Below are positions 39,525-52,249 of a stretch of 64,000 nucleotides of DNA, in pieces (positions within the stretch are counted from its first letter, which is position 1; every line of letters starts with the position of its first letter). The DNA is taken from the NCBI RefSeq assembly GCF_963921235.1, contig NC_086108.1:29824001-29888000 (forward strand). Direction: 5' to 3'. The translations under genes and the position numbers were made by a program. The notes under the pieces are model-generated. The model was given only the letters and a program-made list of their open reading frames with translations. It was not told the origin of the DNA and searched no databases. The stretch is from Mobula hypostoma (lineage: Eukaryota).

Positions 39525-39660
39525 CACTTGTGCGGTTTCCGGGTCCTTTAAAAGAATAGAACTGCTGTACCCTGCCACGCATGTCGAAAAAGGCGACTAA
39601 GGAGGGTTGGGCATAAGGTTAGCAACCTTATCCTGTAAAAATAATTATTGCTACAGAAAC
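39525..39660 (+). ncRNA. Structured 5' leader of the RTE element (candidate self-cleaving ribozyme)
   Basis: Several nested stems are visible by eye at the exact 5' end of the element; function is inferred only. Confidence 0.4.
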
Positions 39661-42600
39661 ATTAGCAGCATCAAAACCAAGCCAGTCAGTCTTGGGAGAG
39701 GTAGGGCCTCTTTTGGAGAGCCGTATGACGTGGAGAAGTGAAAGCCAAAAGGAAGCTCCTTCACCGAGAAACCTACTGTCAACCAAGAAGACCTCTAGAA
39801 TGTGAGGACCATGTGTGAAGCTGGGAAAACTCTACAAGTGGCAAAAGAATTTCAGAACAATAAATTAGATATTTTGGGACTCTGAAACTAGATGGACAAA
39901 GTAAGGGCAAGTACAACTCACTTCAGGGGAAACTATCATCTATTCAGGACACATGGAAGAGATTGCACCACACACTGAGGGAGTAGGATTAATGTTATCA
40001 AAACAAGCAAAGGGATCACTTTTGGCTTGGGAAACATCAGGACCCAGGATCGTGTCTGCACCCTTTCACACCAGTAATAGGAGAACAAAGCTAAACATTG
40101 TGTTAGCCTATGCCCCTACAAATGACAAGGATACCATTGTCAAGGAAGATTTCTACAACAGACTGCAAGTACTCCTGGAGAAGATGAAAAGAAGAGACAT
40201 CACCATCCTCATGGGAGATCTTAATGCTAAAATTGGAAATGACAACACAGGATTTGAAGAAATAATGGGGCAGCATAGACTTGGAGACAAACATGAAAAT
40301 GGAGAGCTACTTATAGACTTCTGTGCATTCAACAAAATGGTAACTGGTGGCAGCATATTCCCTCACAAGTGGATCCACAAGGCAACATGGATTTCACTGG
40401 ATCATTGAACAGGAAACCAGATAGACCATATCTGCATTAGTAACAAGTTCAGAAGATCTATGCAGGATATCAGAGTCCTTAGAGGTGTGGACGTGGCATC
40501 AGATCATCATCTTGTTATTGGTAAGCTTCAGCTCAAACTTAAAAGGAACTATGCTGCCACAAGAAAAATGAAAAGCTATGCAACACAATTTCTGAAGGAC
40601 TGAGGAAAAGACAACAATTCAACTTAGTATTGCAGAACAGATTCCAAGCCTTGGAGAACCTAAATGAAGAATCAAGTGTGGAGGGGATCTGGGAACAAGC
40701 CAAAGATGTCTGGACTGGTACATGTGAAGAAGTTCTAAGTAAGAAAGACCACCAACACAAACCATGGATTTCTGCTGAAACACTCAGAAAAATAGAGCAA
40801 AGAAAAGCAAAAAAGGATGCACTTGACAAGAGCATCAAAGACTGTTGCACAGAAAAACTACACGGAAGCAAATAAGAAAGTGAAAGCAAGCATCAGAATG
40901 GACAAAAGAAACTATATTGTAGACCTAACAAAAGAAACAGAGCAGGAAGCATCAAAAGGAAACATGAAAGGACTGTATGACACAACCAAGAAACTCTCTG
41001 GCAAATTTCAACCAGTGGAAAGACCAACTAAGGATAAAGAAGGACAAGTTCTGACAGGAGTTGAGGACCAGACCTAAAGATGGGCTGAACACTTTAAACA
41101 GCTTCTAAACAGAGCATCATCACCAGAACCACCTGTCATCCCACAAGTAGAGAATGACCTAGAGATAGACCGTGGCACTCCTACCAAAGAGGAGATCAGA
41201 ATGGCAATCAAGCTCCTAAAGGATGGTAAAGCTGCAGGACTTCATGGTATATTTCCAGAGACACTCGAGCAGTATATACATATCTATTGAAATGATGCAC
41301 AACATCATAAAAAAGGTCTGGGAAGCAGAAGAAGTACCCAAGGACTGGAGAACAGGACATCTAGTTAAAATCCCTAAGAAAGGAGATCTCCAGGAATGCA
41401 AAAACTACAGAGGGATAATGTTGCTTTCAGTGCCAGGGAAAATTCTGAGCAGAATCTTTGAGAGAGATTGAAAAATGTAGTGGATGAGAAGCTTAGAGAT
41501 GAACAAGCAGGATTTCAACAAAACAGGTCCTGAACTGATCAGATTACAACTCTTAGGATTATCATCGAACAGTCGCTGGAATGGAACACATCACTGTACA
41601 TTAATTTTGTAGATTATGAAAAAGCATTTGACAGCCTGGACAGGGAGAAATTTTTGAAATTAATGAGGCATTTTGGGATTCCAGAGAAGTTAACTAACTT
41701 GGTAAAGAAGATCTATGAAGACATGGAATGCAGAGTAATCCATATAGATCAGTTGTAAGATACTTTCAAGGTGAACACTGGGGTACGACAGGGGTGCTTA
41801 CGGTCCCCCTTTCTCTTCCTGCCAGCGGTGGGCTGGATTATGAAGCAAACAACAGATGGCAAGAAGAATGGAATACAGTGGACATTGTTCAGACAGCGAG
41901 ATGGTCTTGACTTTGCTGATGATTTGGCACTACTGTCACACAGCCATGCCCAGATGCAAGAGAAAACAGATCTTCTAGACTCCACATCACAGAAAATAAG
42001 GCTACACATCCATGTAGGGAAAACAAAATTACTAAAAGTAAATGCAGGAAACAACACAGTTATCCTGAGAAATGCTCCTCTAGAAGAAGTTGAGTCATTT
42101 GTCTACCTGGGAAGCATTATCAACAAGGAAGGAGGTACAGATGAGGATGTAAAGACCAGGATCCAAAAAGCCAGAGGAGCCTTCATAATACTATGTCCAG
42201 TTTGGATGGCAAAAAAACTAAGGTTAAGAGCCAAACTGAGAATCTTCAACTCAAATGTCAAATCTGTTCTCCTATATGGCTCTGAAACTTGGAGACTGAC
42301 ATCAGAAATAATCGAAAAAATCCAGCCCTTCATCAACAAATGCTTGCGTCAGATTTTGGGGCTAACATGGACAGATTATGTGAACAATACAGAATTATGG
42401 CAAAGGACCAACCCGACACCAATGGAGGCAGAGATCAAGAGAAAGAAGTGGTGCTAGATAGGACACACGTTGAGGAAACCCCCAAATAGTATCACCAGAC
42501 AAGCTCTCACATGGAATCCTCAGGGCAAGCGAAATTGAGGTAGGCCCAAGTCCACATGGAGGAGGGGAGTGTTCACCGACACCAGGAGAGTGAGAATGCC

Positions 42601-42696
42601 ATGGTCACAGCTTGAGAGATATGCACAAGATAGGTTGATCTGTAAAGAGGTTGTTGATGGCCTATTCTCACTAGTGAGTTGAAAGGCAGAAGAAGA
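39525..42696 (+). mobile_element. Full-length RTE-clade LINE (Perere-3/SR3-like); single APE-RT ORF at about 39725-42680, disrupted
   Basis: Motifs NVRTM, APHTEGVGLMLSK, AYAPTN, LMGDLNAKIG, HKATWIS.DH, NQIDH, ASDHHL, PKKGDL.EC.NYRGI, GVRQGC, DFADD and VLLYGSETW; (AGA)n tail; 12-bp TSD TGTCTCTAGGGT / TGTTTCTAGGGT (39513-39524, 42697-42708). Confidence 0.95.
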
Positions 42697-44183
42697 TGTT
42701 TCTAGGGTGGATGCTCATGCTTCTCAACAGGTGACTTCCATTTCAATTGCAAAATGTCTTTCTATTTTTATAGGTATGCCTTCAGTTTACGTTGCATTTA
42801 AAAATTGAGCTTGATGTTCAATTTATCCTTATTTCTGACATATCCCTTTTACACTATCTCCCAGATACAAGTAAACATTGGATCATGAACAGCTAAATGT
42901 GTGCCAACTGATCTAGGCATTAACCCTTCCTGATAGTCCCATCTATAGATCAAAATCTTTCAAATAGGTGTCTGCTGCTCTGAAAAACTTGTAGTGATTC
43001 ATTCTGTGCAAAATCATAAACTGATCTTCAGTCCATCTATGTAACTATATACACAACACACGTTTTCTTCTGTTTCACCTTGAGCGATTCCTTTCTTGAG
43101 CTTTTATCCATGTTGATACCACCTTTTTCTAGTAAAGGCCCTTACAGGGGTACTTCATGAAACTTCCTGCTCAGGGATCATTACTAAACCTACTTAGATC
43201 GCTTCAGCCTTCCAACACCCATGCACAGGATCTGTCTAACTTTATGAAACAAATTTAATTGACTTTTATTTTTGACTCCAGAAGCTGTCAGCGTAATTTG
43301 GTTTTGAATTTGCTGAGAATGACATACTTGGAAACCTTGGATAAAGGGCTTACATTTAAATACTGCACTTTACTGTTCCTTTTCAGGATACACTAAGTAT
43401 ATTGCATAAAATGAAATATCTTGAAGTATAGTTGTTGTAACGCAAGAACCTCAGCAACTAATATATGCCAACTCACACTAGTCTTTCCCTCTCAAGCACT
43501 GTAGTAATGACTGAATTCCATTAGTGTTGTTTGAGTTAAATATTGGCATTTCCTCTGCAGGGAAATATAGCCTGTGTCACAGCAACAGAAAACTATGGTT
43601 GTCATTACATTTCTCTAAGGTGTCCTTAAGCATGGCATTATCCAACAATGCAAAATTGCCCTAGTGTTTCACTAATGTAAGCTAGATTGTTTCATTACTT
43701 CAATCTAATTAATGAGTTAGGGTACAAATGCCCATTTCCAGTTGAGGTTGTGCAACATTTGTGTCAGTGGCATCCTTAGTCATGCTAATGCATTTGAGAT
43801 CCAAAAATGGTCATTAAAAATCCAGAATTGAAATAGTAATAGCTGAATGTATGCTAGGTGGGATGTTGTTAAAACATAATGTTTAGTTTTGAGTAAATAT
43901 GTGTCAATGCATGAAGAATGTTGAGCCTCTGGGAAAAGATAAAGACATTTTCTCTTTTCCCATACATGACTGAGCAACTTAGGCTTTTAATTAAAATTTG
44001 TGAAGGTTGCTAAGAAATAAACTAGGCATGTTTTTCTGCCATTCAGTAAGATCATTTCTGAACCTTGTAATTCAAGGCAAATTTTTAAAATATCTCTGAA
44101 ACTGTTTATCTCAGTCCTGACTATACTCACATCTGAACGGCCATAGGATTCAAGGTTTGCAGGATGTTTGCATCCGTCTAAAA

Positions 44184-44270
44184 CGGGGGTTCCCAACCTT
44201 TCTATGGACCTTTGCTATGGACCTCTACCATTAACAGAGAGGCCTGTGGACCTCGGGTGAGGATCCCCTG
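44184..44270. mobile_element. 87-bp hAT (Charlie-like) MITE
   Basis: Imperfect TIRs CGGGGGTTCCCAACC / GGTGAGGATCCCCTG; 8-bp TSD GTCTAAAA / GTCCAAAA. Confidence 0.75.
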
Positions 44271-47204
44271 GTCCAAAAGTCCAATTCCTTGGATTCTTAA
44301 TACCTTGGCCTCCACTAAGCATCCTTTCTTCAAATATCAGTATAGATATTGATGTCTTGTTGGGTTTCTCCATTCTTCTCAACTCCAAAGAACATGATCC
44401 AATCTTGGTTGAACGTTTGCTGGCCATTTCCCTCCTCCTATGTTTCAAGAACAGTATATAAATGCAGCGACATTTTGGAGAATATCAAGTAGAATTCAGT
44501 TATGAAGAATCATAGGGTTACAGGTACAGACTTGTCCAAACTGATCGAGATGCCTATCAAAGTGGCCCACATCCCTATAAATGTTTGCCATCCATGTACC
44601 CGTCCCAGTCTCTTTTGAAAGATATTGAAAATATCAGATACAACGTCCAGTGGCACATTTTGATAGCATTTTTCTTGATGTAATAGCCAGTGCTTGGGTG
44701 AAGTTGTCCTTTTATTCAAAATGAAATCATATCCCTTTGAGAGAATGGATTAACATACTGGGTCTTTTGGAAAGCTCCCAGACATGACTAACTGGCCTCA
44801 CCTATGCTGCAAAATTCCAATTCCAAAACTGTTGTATGGTGAATAATTTTAAAGTGTGACTAATATTAATGTTGCAGCTATTATGTACGATATGTTCCTA
44901 CAGAACAAAATGCAGAGACCTTGCTACCAAATGGAGTCCAGGGCAGTTTTTACCAAGGCCTTTTCAATTCTATGAACAATTTACAACAATAAGCATAAGT
45001 CAAAAAAACCTGCAGTCATTTTGCCTGGGGCGAGTCATAGTTTAGAAGTACATTGTAATATTTGTCTTACTGTGATTGCCTGATTAAGTAAATATAGATT
45101 TAAATGAGCTTGTTTTTGTACAGTGCCCCCTCCTCCTCAGAAGGGATATTTGTCAACCAAGTGCACACTTGAAAATTTTGCATTTAAATTAATATTTGAC
45201 ATTAAAGTTGCCAGGAACTTTGGGAACTGTTCTGTTTTCTTTTCTGTGGCATTTACATGCAGCAGTGATCACTTTGTGTATAACGTCAAACTGATTACTT
45301 TGAATAATTGAAAATAGAAATAAGTCTCTGGTTTGGCTTTCTGGTCAAACAACTGCTAAACGATGACAGAATTTGCAACTTTTGATATTGAAAAGTGACC
45401 CTGACTTTTCAGAGTAAGTTGTTTAAGCCTTTCTAGGTACATAATATAAATAACTTGGCTTGAATGGCCATCCACACCTCTTGCTAGTTTTTGTGTATTG
45501 AAGTATATTTTTGAAGCATGTGACCAATGGTTAAATGTTTAACTAACTATGTCAATTAGCTAAGTATGGTTGGCTTGACTTTTGAAGTGGCTTTTAATGT
45601 TGCAGTACCATAATGAGAAGAAAGACAAGTCCAATAAGTTGTGATTAGCAGTGAATAGGAATGAAATAATATAATATAGAAAGCAGATACCCTCAGTTAA
45701 GGGAAATGGATAAAGGTGAAAATGTGCAGGATTGAGGACGGAGGGAACAGAACTTTTGGGTAGTTCTTCGAAAGAATTTGTATGGGCCTGACTGACGTAA
45801 ATACCTAAAGGTTTCACTTTGTGTAAGCAATAATCATTGGAACTTGTGAAAGACATTTGTGAAACTGAAGCAGTTTTCTTCGCACTGTATATTTTAACAC
45901 AAATATTCTCAAATCATGAACTGCATCGGCTAGAGAAGAAGCGGTCTTCCTGTTATGGCTGCAAGATTCACAATGTGGAATTGTCCAGTGTTGTCACATC
46001 CTTGTGTTTCTTGTGGCTTTAGATCTGCACTGTGAAACTTGCCCACTTCAAATAACAAAATACCATTTCAATTGTCCCGTACTAGCCACATTGTTATCCC
46101 TTCCATTGGGGCCATTGTTGAATCCTGAACCAATGCCTTGCCAAATTAATCAGCCAAGTTCTGATGAGGTGATGCAAACAGGCAAAATATCAGCTATCAT
46201 ATTGGCAAGTGGCAGAATAAGCTTACAGTCTACTCCCGACCCTGAGTAGCTGTAATCATAGTAGTATTTAAAATTAAATTGCATTTTCTAAAATTAATTT
46301 TAAAAAACTGCCTTCTCTAAATACAGTTTGTTCAATAAAGCAAGCCCACCCAATGTAAAGGAAACCAGACCCTGAATAGAAATTGAAATGGCCACAGTGA
46401 AACACTTTTTACATATAAATCTTTGATCCAATAATATGAACAAAAATTTTGGTAGGCTTGCTGTTATTAAATGACCAAAAAATTCAATCAACATCTCTCT
46501 GGCTGTAAAAATAAATATTAAATTAAGTACTGTAACTAGTTAGAAACTGTGAAATTGCTGGGAGGATAAGGTTTTTTTAACGTGTAGCTGTTAAGTCCCT
46601 CAGTCCATGACCTTGTTTTACTGTCAACATTATTCATGTTATCATTATCAACAAATTACAATACACCACCTGCATGATATTGCAAATTAAAGTCAGTACA
46701 CTTGTTGGATTTGGCAAGGGTCAGGCTAATAGATCATTCAAATACACTCCTTAATGGGCTTGCATTCATCTCCTTTGTCTGTTCTTGGGCATTGGTAGTT
46801 TTTGTGTGCAGAGAGCTGACGCCTAGTTTTATTCTGCTTTGAATTAATACTTGGGGTAAATTTCAACTTTTTCCCTGTGGCCTTGTATAAAGTTGAACTT
46901 TAATTTGATTCAGACTCTTTTTAAAAGTTTCCATACTGGTGGTATGTATTTTTCTGTCAAAGGGCGATGATGAAGTGCTGTATCAGGGATTTCCATATGC
47001 CAAGTCATTCTAAGTGGTGGTGTTCTGACACCTGCTTCCTGGGGAGGAGCAGAAGCAAATTAATCATATGATTTGTCTCCAAGTGAAAGTCCAGTTTTGG
47101 TTGGTTAATTGGTTGGCATGGAGTTTGATGGATAATCACTCTTAATGTCAGCAATTCCATCTGGAACATGCAACTCAGCAGAATGCTTGCATCAATCACA
47201 ACAT

Positions 47205-47528
47205 TGCTTAGTAGGCTGTGGGTTTGATTCCCAATCTGGAGAATGATTACATAATTTAGGCTGGTAGTACTAAAAGTTGGTTGCTTGCACCATAAAGCAT
47301 CCATCTTTCCTGTGTTAACATATCTTCAACTGTTCATTTATTGGTGCATTTTTGTGCAATTTTTCCTCTAGTTCAAGAATCAATTCCATATCTATACACT
47401 TATGCAGATGTGTAGATGATGTAAAATATTCCATAAATCTTGTTTAGAGAAGGGGATATTATTCCATGGTGAAAAACCAAATACTTGAACTAGTGTGCTT
47501 TTTCTCACTAAAACATATTATCTGGTCA
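47205..47528 (+). mobile_element. Ancient Deu-domain SINE (SacSINE-like), split by a PLE insertion and continuing at 48138-48170
   Basis: B-box-like GGTTTGATTCCC, ACATAATTTAGGCTG, GATGTAAAATATTCCAT and CACTAAAACATATTATCTGGTCA..TTATTACATTG resemble the Deu-SINE body. Confidence 0.55.
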
Positions 47529-48137
47529 CACAAAATGCTAGAGGAACTCAGCAGATCAGGCAGCATCTGTGGAAATGAATAGTCAACATTTTGGGCCAAG
47601 ATGCTTCTTAACGACCGAGAAGGAAGGGGGAAGATAGCAGAATAAAAAGGTGGTGGGGAGGGGAAGGAGGCTAGCTGGAAGATTACAGGTAAAGCCAAGT
47701 GGGTGGGGAAAAGTCAGGGGCTGGAGAAGAAGGAATCTGATGGGAGAGGAGAGTGAACCAAGGGAGAAAGGGAAGGAGGAATGGACTTAGGGGGAAGTGA
47801 CAGGCAGGTGAGATGAGGTAAAATGTCAGAGTGGGGAATACAGGTGGGGGGGTAGATAATTGTTTACCAGAAGGAGAATTCAATATTCATGCCATCAGAT
47901 TGGAGGCCTTCCAGGCGGAATTTTTAGGTGTTGCTCCTCCACCCTGAGGGTGACCTCATCTTGGCACAAGAGGAGGACATGGACCAACACGCCAGAATGG
48001 GAATTAAAATGTTTGGCCACTGGGAAGCCCCCACTTGTGACTGGTGGGGTGCGGATGTGCCCATTGAAGCGATCCTCCGATTTACGATGTTTCTCAACAA
48101 TGTAGAGGAGGCCGCATCGGGAACACTGGCACGATAG
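47529..48137 (-). mobile_element. Penelope-like 3' fragment including part of GIY-YIG
   Basis: Matches 9645-10130; TSD ATTATCTGGTCA / ATTATCTAGTCA (47517-47528, 48138-48149). Confidence 0.85.
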
Positions 48138-48299
48138 ATTATCTAGTCATTATTACATTGTTTCTTGGCCTTGGGACTATTAACTCTGTGCTGACTATAA
48201 AGCATCTTATTTTCCATATCCTGCATTTATTCAATTGATTCTCTCTAGATTCCCTTAACTCTTACCCCGTCTAAGTTTCCACCTGCATAAGCACTGGAT

Positions 48300-48470
48300 A
48301 ACTTGGAGTGGCCAGTTACTGCAGCAGCCTGCATGATTTTGGATGTGGTTAGAAACTGGAAGTCCTGGAGGAAGCCCACACTGTCACGGGGTGAAAGGGA
48401 AAATTCCATACAAACTGTACCTAGGACTAGGATTGAACCATATAGCAGCTTCTACCAGCTGTGGCACTGT
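48300..48470 (-). mobile_element. Decayed V-domain SINE
   Basis: Antisense V-domain TTTGGATGTGGTTAGAAACTGGA..GAGGAAGCCCAC and antisense B-box GGATTGAACC. Confidence 0.6.
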
Positions 48471-50177
48471 GAACTTCTCAGGAATGAAATGCGTTTGGTC
48501 AAGTTGTATACTGTTCTCTAGAAAAGTATATACTTTCGAGAAAATGTTCACTAGATTTTGTTTCACCTGGAATGGCAGGTTTGTCACATGAGGAGCAATT
48601 AATCAGATTTGAACTGTCTTTAGTATTTGGAACTATAGGGATCTCTCTGAAAGGTGAAAACTGTCCAGTCCTGTACATACACAACAAATGTGGAGCTGAA
48701 ACATACCCTGCCTAGAGTGTAGAATAAGGGCCACTCTCTCGATAGGGGTCAAACACTTTGGACAAATTAAATCATTTACCCAGATGATGGTGAAAATTTT
48801 GGAATTCCCTGCCCAAGCGGGTGATGCAATCTCAAGTATATTCAGGGTTGTACGTTTTAAGTATTAAAGACACTGAGTTTAATGTAAGAAAGTTGTGCTG
48901 AGGTTAAATGGTGGTGCTCTTATTGAATAGTGGGGCAGACATGACTAAATGGCTTCATTTTTCTATTTATTTGAATGTATGGGGAGAAGGTATGACTAAT
49001 GAAGCCAGACTAAATATTGAGATTTCCCCCCCCCCCCTTTTCTCCTTTGGTCTTCTTTCACTCTTATTGTCATTGAAGTATGTGGTCTTGCAGATCATAT
49101 GAAATCTTGAATTTCTCTTAAGGCTCAACTGGAAAAGCTGAGGTTGTCATCTTGCGCCAAAGGTGGTTGAAGGGCAACTTGAAAGAGGTGTATGAAAGCA
49201 CAGCAGATTCCAATAGAGGAGGATTGGTCTGGTGAAGATTTGCAACTTTGAGCTAAAGATAAGGGTATGTGAAGAAAAGGTTTTCTTCCTGAGTTGGGTA
49301 ACTATGATCAAAAGGTTATTCCATGAAAGGTAAATGAAATGGTTAGAGCTTTCACAGGTGAATAGAATACTCACTTGAGAGTTTCAGGGGTGATGGGCAG
49401 TTGAAATGGCTGAATTGCTGTTAGGAACTGGCATAGATTCTGAGTTCAGTGGGCTGCTTCTGTAATATGTGCAGTTCTCCATAATTTCAGTGACTACAAG
49501 ATGGTAGTTTAAAGCTAAAATTCACCTCTTAAACAATTATAAATGCAACTAATGATAAACTGGTGGAGAGCTGCAAGTGCCTATGACCTATAGTTGTACA
49601 GTTTCAACAAGTGAAACTAAAGATTCATGATTGTTTAATATCTTTGCCTGTACACAAGTGTAAAGGAGGACAATTGTTACTCCAGATCTGATGCAATACA
49701 AAACAAAATATAAAGAAAATAATAATGATAAACACTAAATATAAATGCAGAAGATAGCTAGCTTATTTGTAGTTTGATTAAAAGTCCATAATGTGACACT
49801 AGGCTGTACACAAGTTGACTGACAGGAAGTAATAAAGTAGGGGTGGTTGAGGGTGTGGAGGGGTCTTCAAGGATGTAAAATGTTTGCAGAACTTGGCTCA
49901 TCCAGTTGGAATTCTTCCCAGATGTAATGTCTTAAATTTTTGGGCGAATGTGTATTCTCCCAGTGGAAATTTAATTGGTTACAGTATTATCAAGTTGCTT
50001 GGTTACAGATGATTTTATTTATTGAATAATGCTAATTGTTTGTAATAGCCACAAGCTACTTAAAACACAATTATTCAGTTATAATTGACATTTCTGTTCA
50101 GCGATACCATAAAATATGGTGAATGGAGGGGTGAGATGGTATAAAATTTTCTTCTTTATCAGTATAATTTCCTGTAG

Positions 50178-51990
50178 ACCATAAGCAATTGGAGTGGACT
50201 TAGACCATCCTGCTTGTCGACTCTGCCCCACCATTTCATTACAGCTGATTCATTTTCCCTCTCAATTCCATTCTCCTGCCTTCTCCCCATGACACTTCAT
50301 GTCCTGACTAATCAAGAACCTATCAACCTCTGACTTAAATACACCCTTGACTTGTAGACTTGGCTTCTACAGCTGCCTGTGACAGTGAATTCCACAGGTT
50401 CACCACCAACTGGCTAACGAAATTACTCTGTTCTAAATGAATATCCCTCTATTCAGAGGCTGTGCTCTCAGATCCTGGAATTCTCCCACTATAGGAAACA
50501 TTCTCTCCATCTAAGCCTTTCAACATTCAACAGGTGTCAATAAGATCTCCCTTCATTCTTCTAAATTCCAGTGAGTTCAAGCCCAGTGTCACCAAACACT
50601 CCCCATACAATAACCTTTTCATTCCTGGAATCATTTGCATAAACCTCCTCTGAACCCTCTCCAATTTCAACACATCCTTTCTGCTTATAATACTCCAAGT
50701 GAAGCCTCTCTAGTGTCTTATACTCAGCATTTATTCCTTGTTTTTATATTCCTGTGTTCGTGAAATGAATGCTAACATTGCATTTATCTTCCTCACCACT
50801 GACTCAACCTGCAAGTCAACCTTTAGGGAGCCCTGTATGAAGACTCTCAAGTCCCTCTGCACCTTGGATATTTTAATTTTTTTGCCTGTTTAGAAAATAG
50901 GCTCTGCTTTAGTTCCTTCTACCAAAGTGCATGACCATATACTTCTTGACACTGTTCTATCTATCACTTCTTTGCCCTCTGTCTAAGCCCTTCTGCAGCC
51001 TCCCTACTTCTTCAGCACTACCTGTCCATCTACCTGTCTTTGTATCACTTGCAAACTTGGACACAAAGGAATCAATTTCATTATCCAAGTCATTGACACA
51101 TAATGTAAAAAGCAGTGCACATACATACCCCGATGTAACACTACTGTTCACCAGCAGCCAACCAGAAAAGGCTCCCTTTATTTCTATTCTTTGCCTATGA
51201 GCCAATCCTCTATGCTAGTATCTTTCCTGCAATGTCTCTTATCTTGTTAAGCAGTCTTATATGCAACAACTTGTCAAAGGCCTTCTGAAAATCCAAATAC
51301 ATAATATCCACAGATTCTCCTTTGTCTATTCTACTTGTTATTTTCTCAAAGAATTCCAACAGATTTGTCTATTATTTCCTTCCCTTGGCCCAATTCCCTT
51401 TTTTGAAGTGGAGTGACATTTGCAATTTTCTAGTCCCCTAGAACCATGCAAATATCTAGTGATTCTTGAAAGATCACCACTAATGCCTCCACAATCTCTT
51501 CAGCTACCCCTTTCAGAACCCTCGGTGTTCTCTTTCAGTCCATCTGGTCCAGGTGTCTTATCTACCTTTAGCCTCCCAAGCACCTTATCCCAAGTAATAA
51601 CAATTGCACTCACATCTGCCCCCTGACACTCTCAAACTTCTGGCACACTGCTAGTGTCTTCCACAGTGAAGATGGATGCAAAATACACATTAAGTTCATC
51701 CATCATTTTTTTTGTCCCCCATTACTACCTCTTCAGCGCCATTTTCCACTGGTCCAATATCTACTCTCAACTTCTTTTAATCTTTATATAGCTGAAAAAG
51801 ATTTTGGTATCCTCCTTTATATTATTGGCTAGCTTACCTTCATATTTCATCCTTTCTCTCCTTATAGCTTTTTTAATTGCCTTCTGCTGGTTTTAGGAGC
51901 TTCCCAATCCTCTACCTTCCCACTAATTTTTGCTCTATTATATGCCCTCTCTTTAACTTTAAGTTGTTTTGATATGTCAGCCATGGTTGT
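50178..51990 (-). mobile_element. CR1 LINE, 5'-truncated, decayed
   Basis: Motifs IKGAFSGWLLV and VSKFASDTK, plus a CR1 3' tail; same subfamily as 60070-62305. Confidence 0.9.
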
Positions 51991-52249
51991 TTAAAGCCAA
52001 GACATTCTCCCAATAAGCTTTACTAAATATTTTTCAGCCTCTCTTTCCCTCCCAGCAAATAAACCTTGTGTTCTTAGGCAAAGCCTATATAAAAGAACAG
52101 TATCTTCACTTCATAGAGTTGGGAATAACTTTGAGTGTCCTTGCAATCCCCACTCCAGTCAAATTTTGGTGAAAGTGGCCCACGATAGCAACTGGAAAGT
52201 TTCATTTGGGTCACCTGGAAAGAAAGCATCATCATCTGAAATATTGAAT

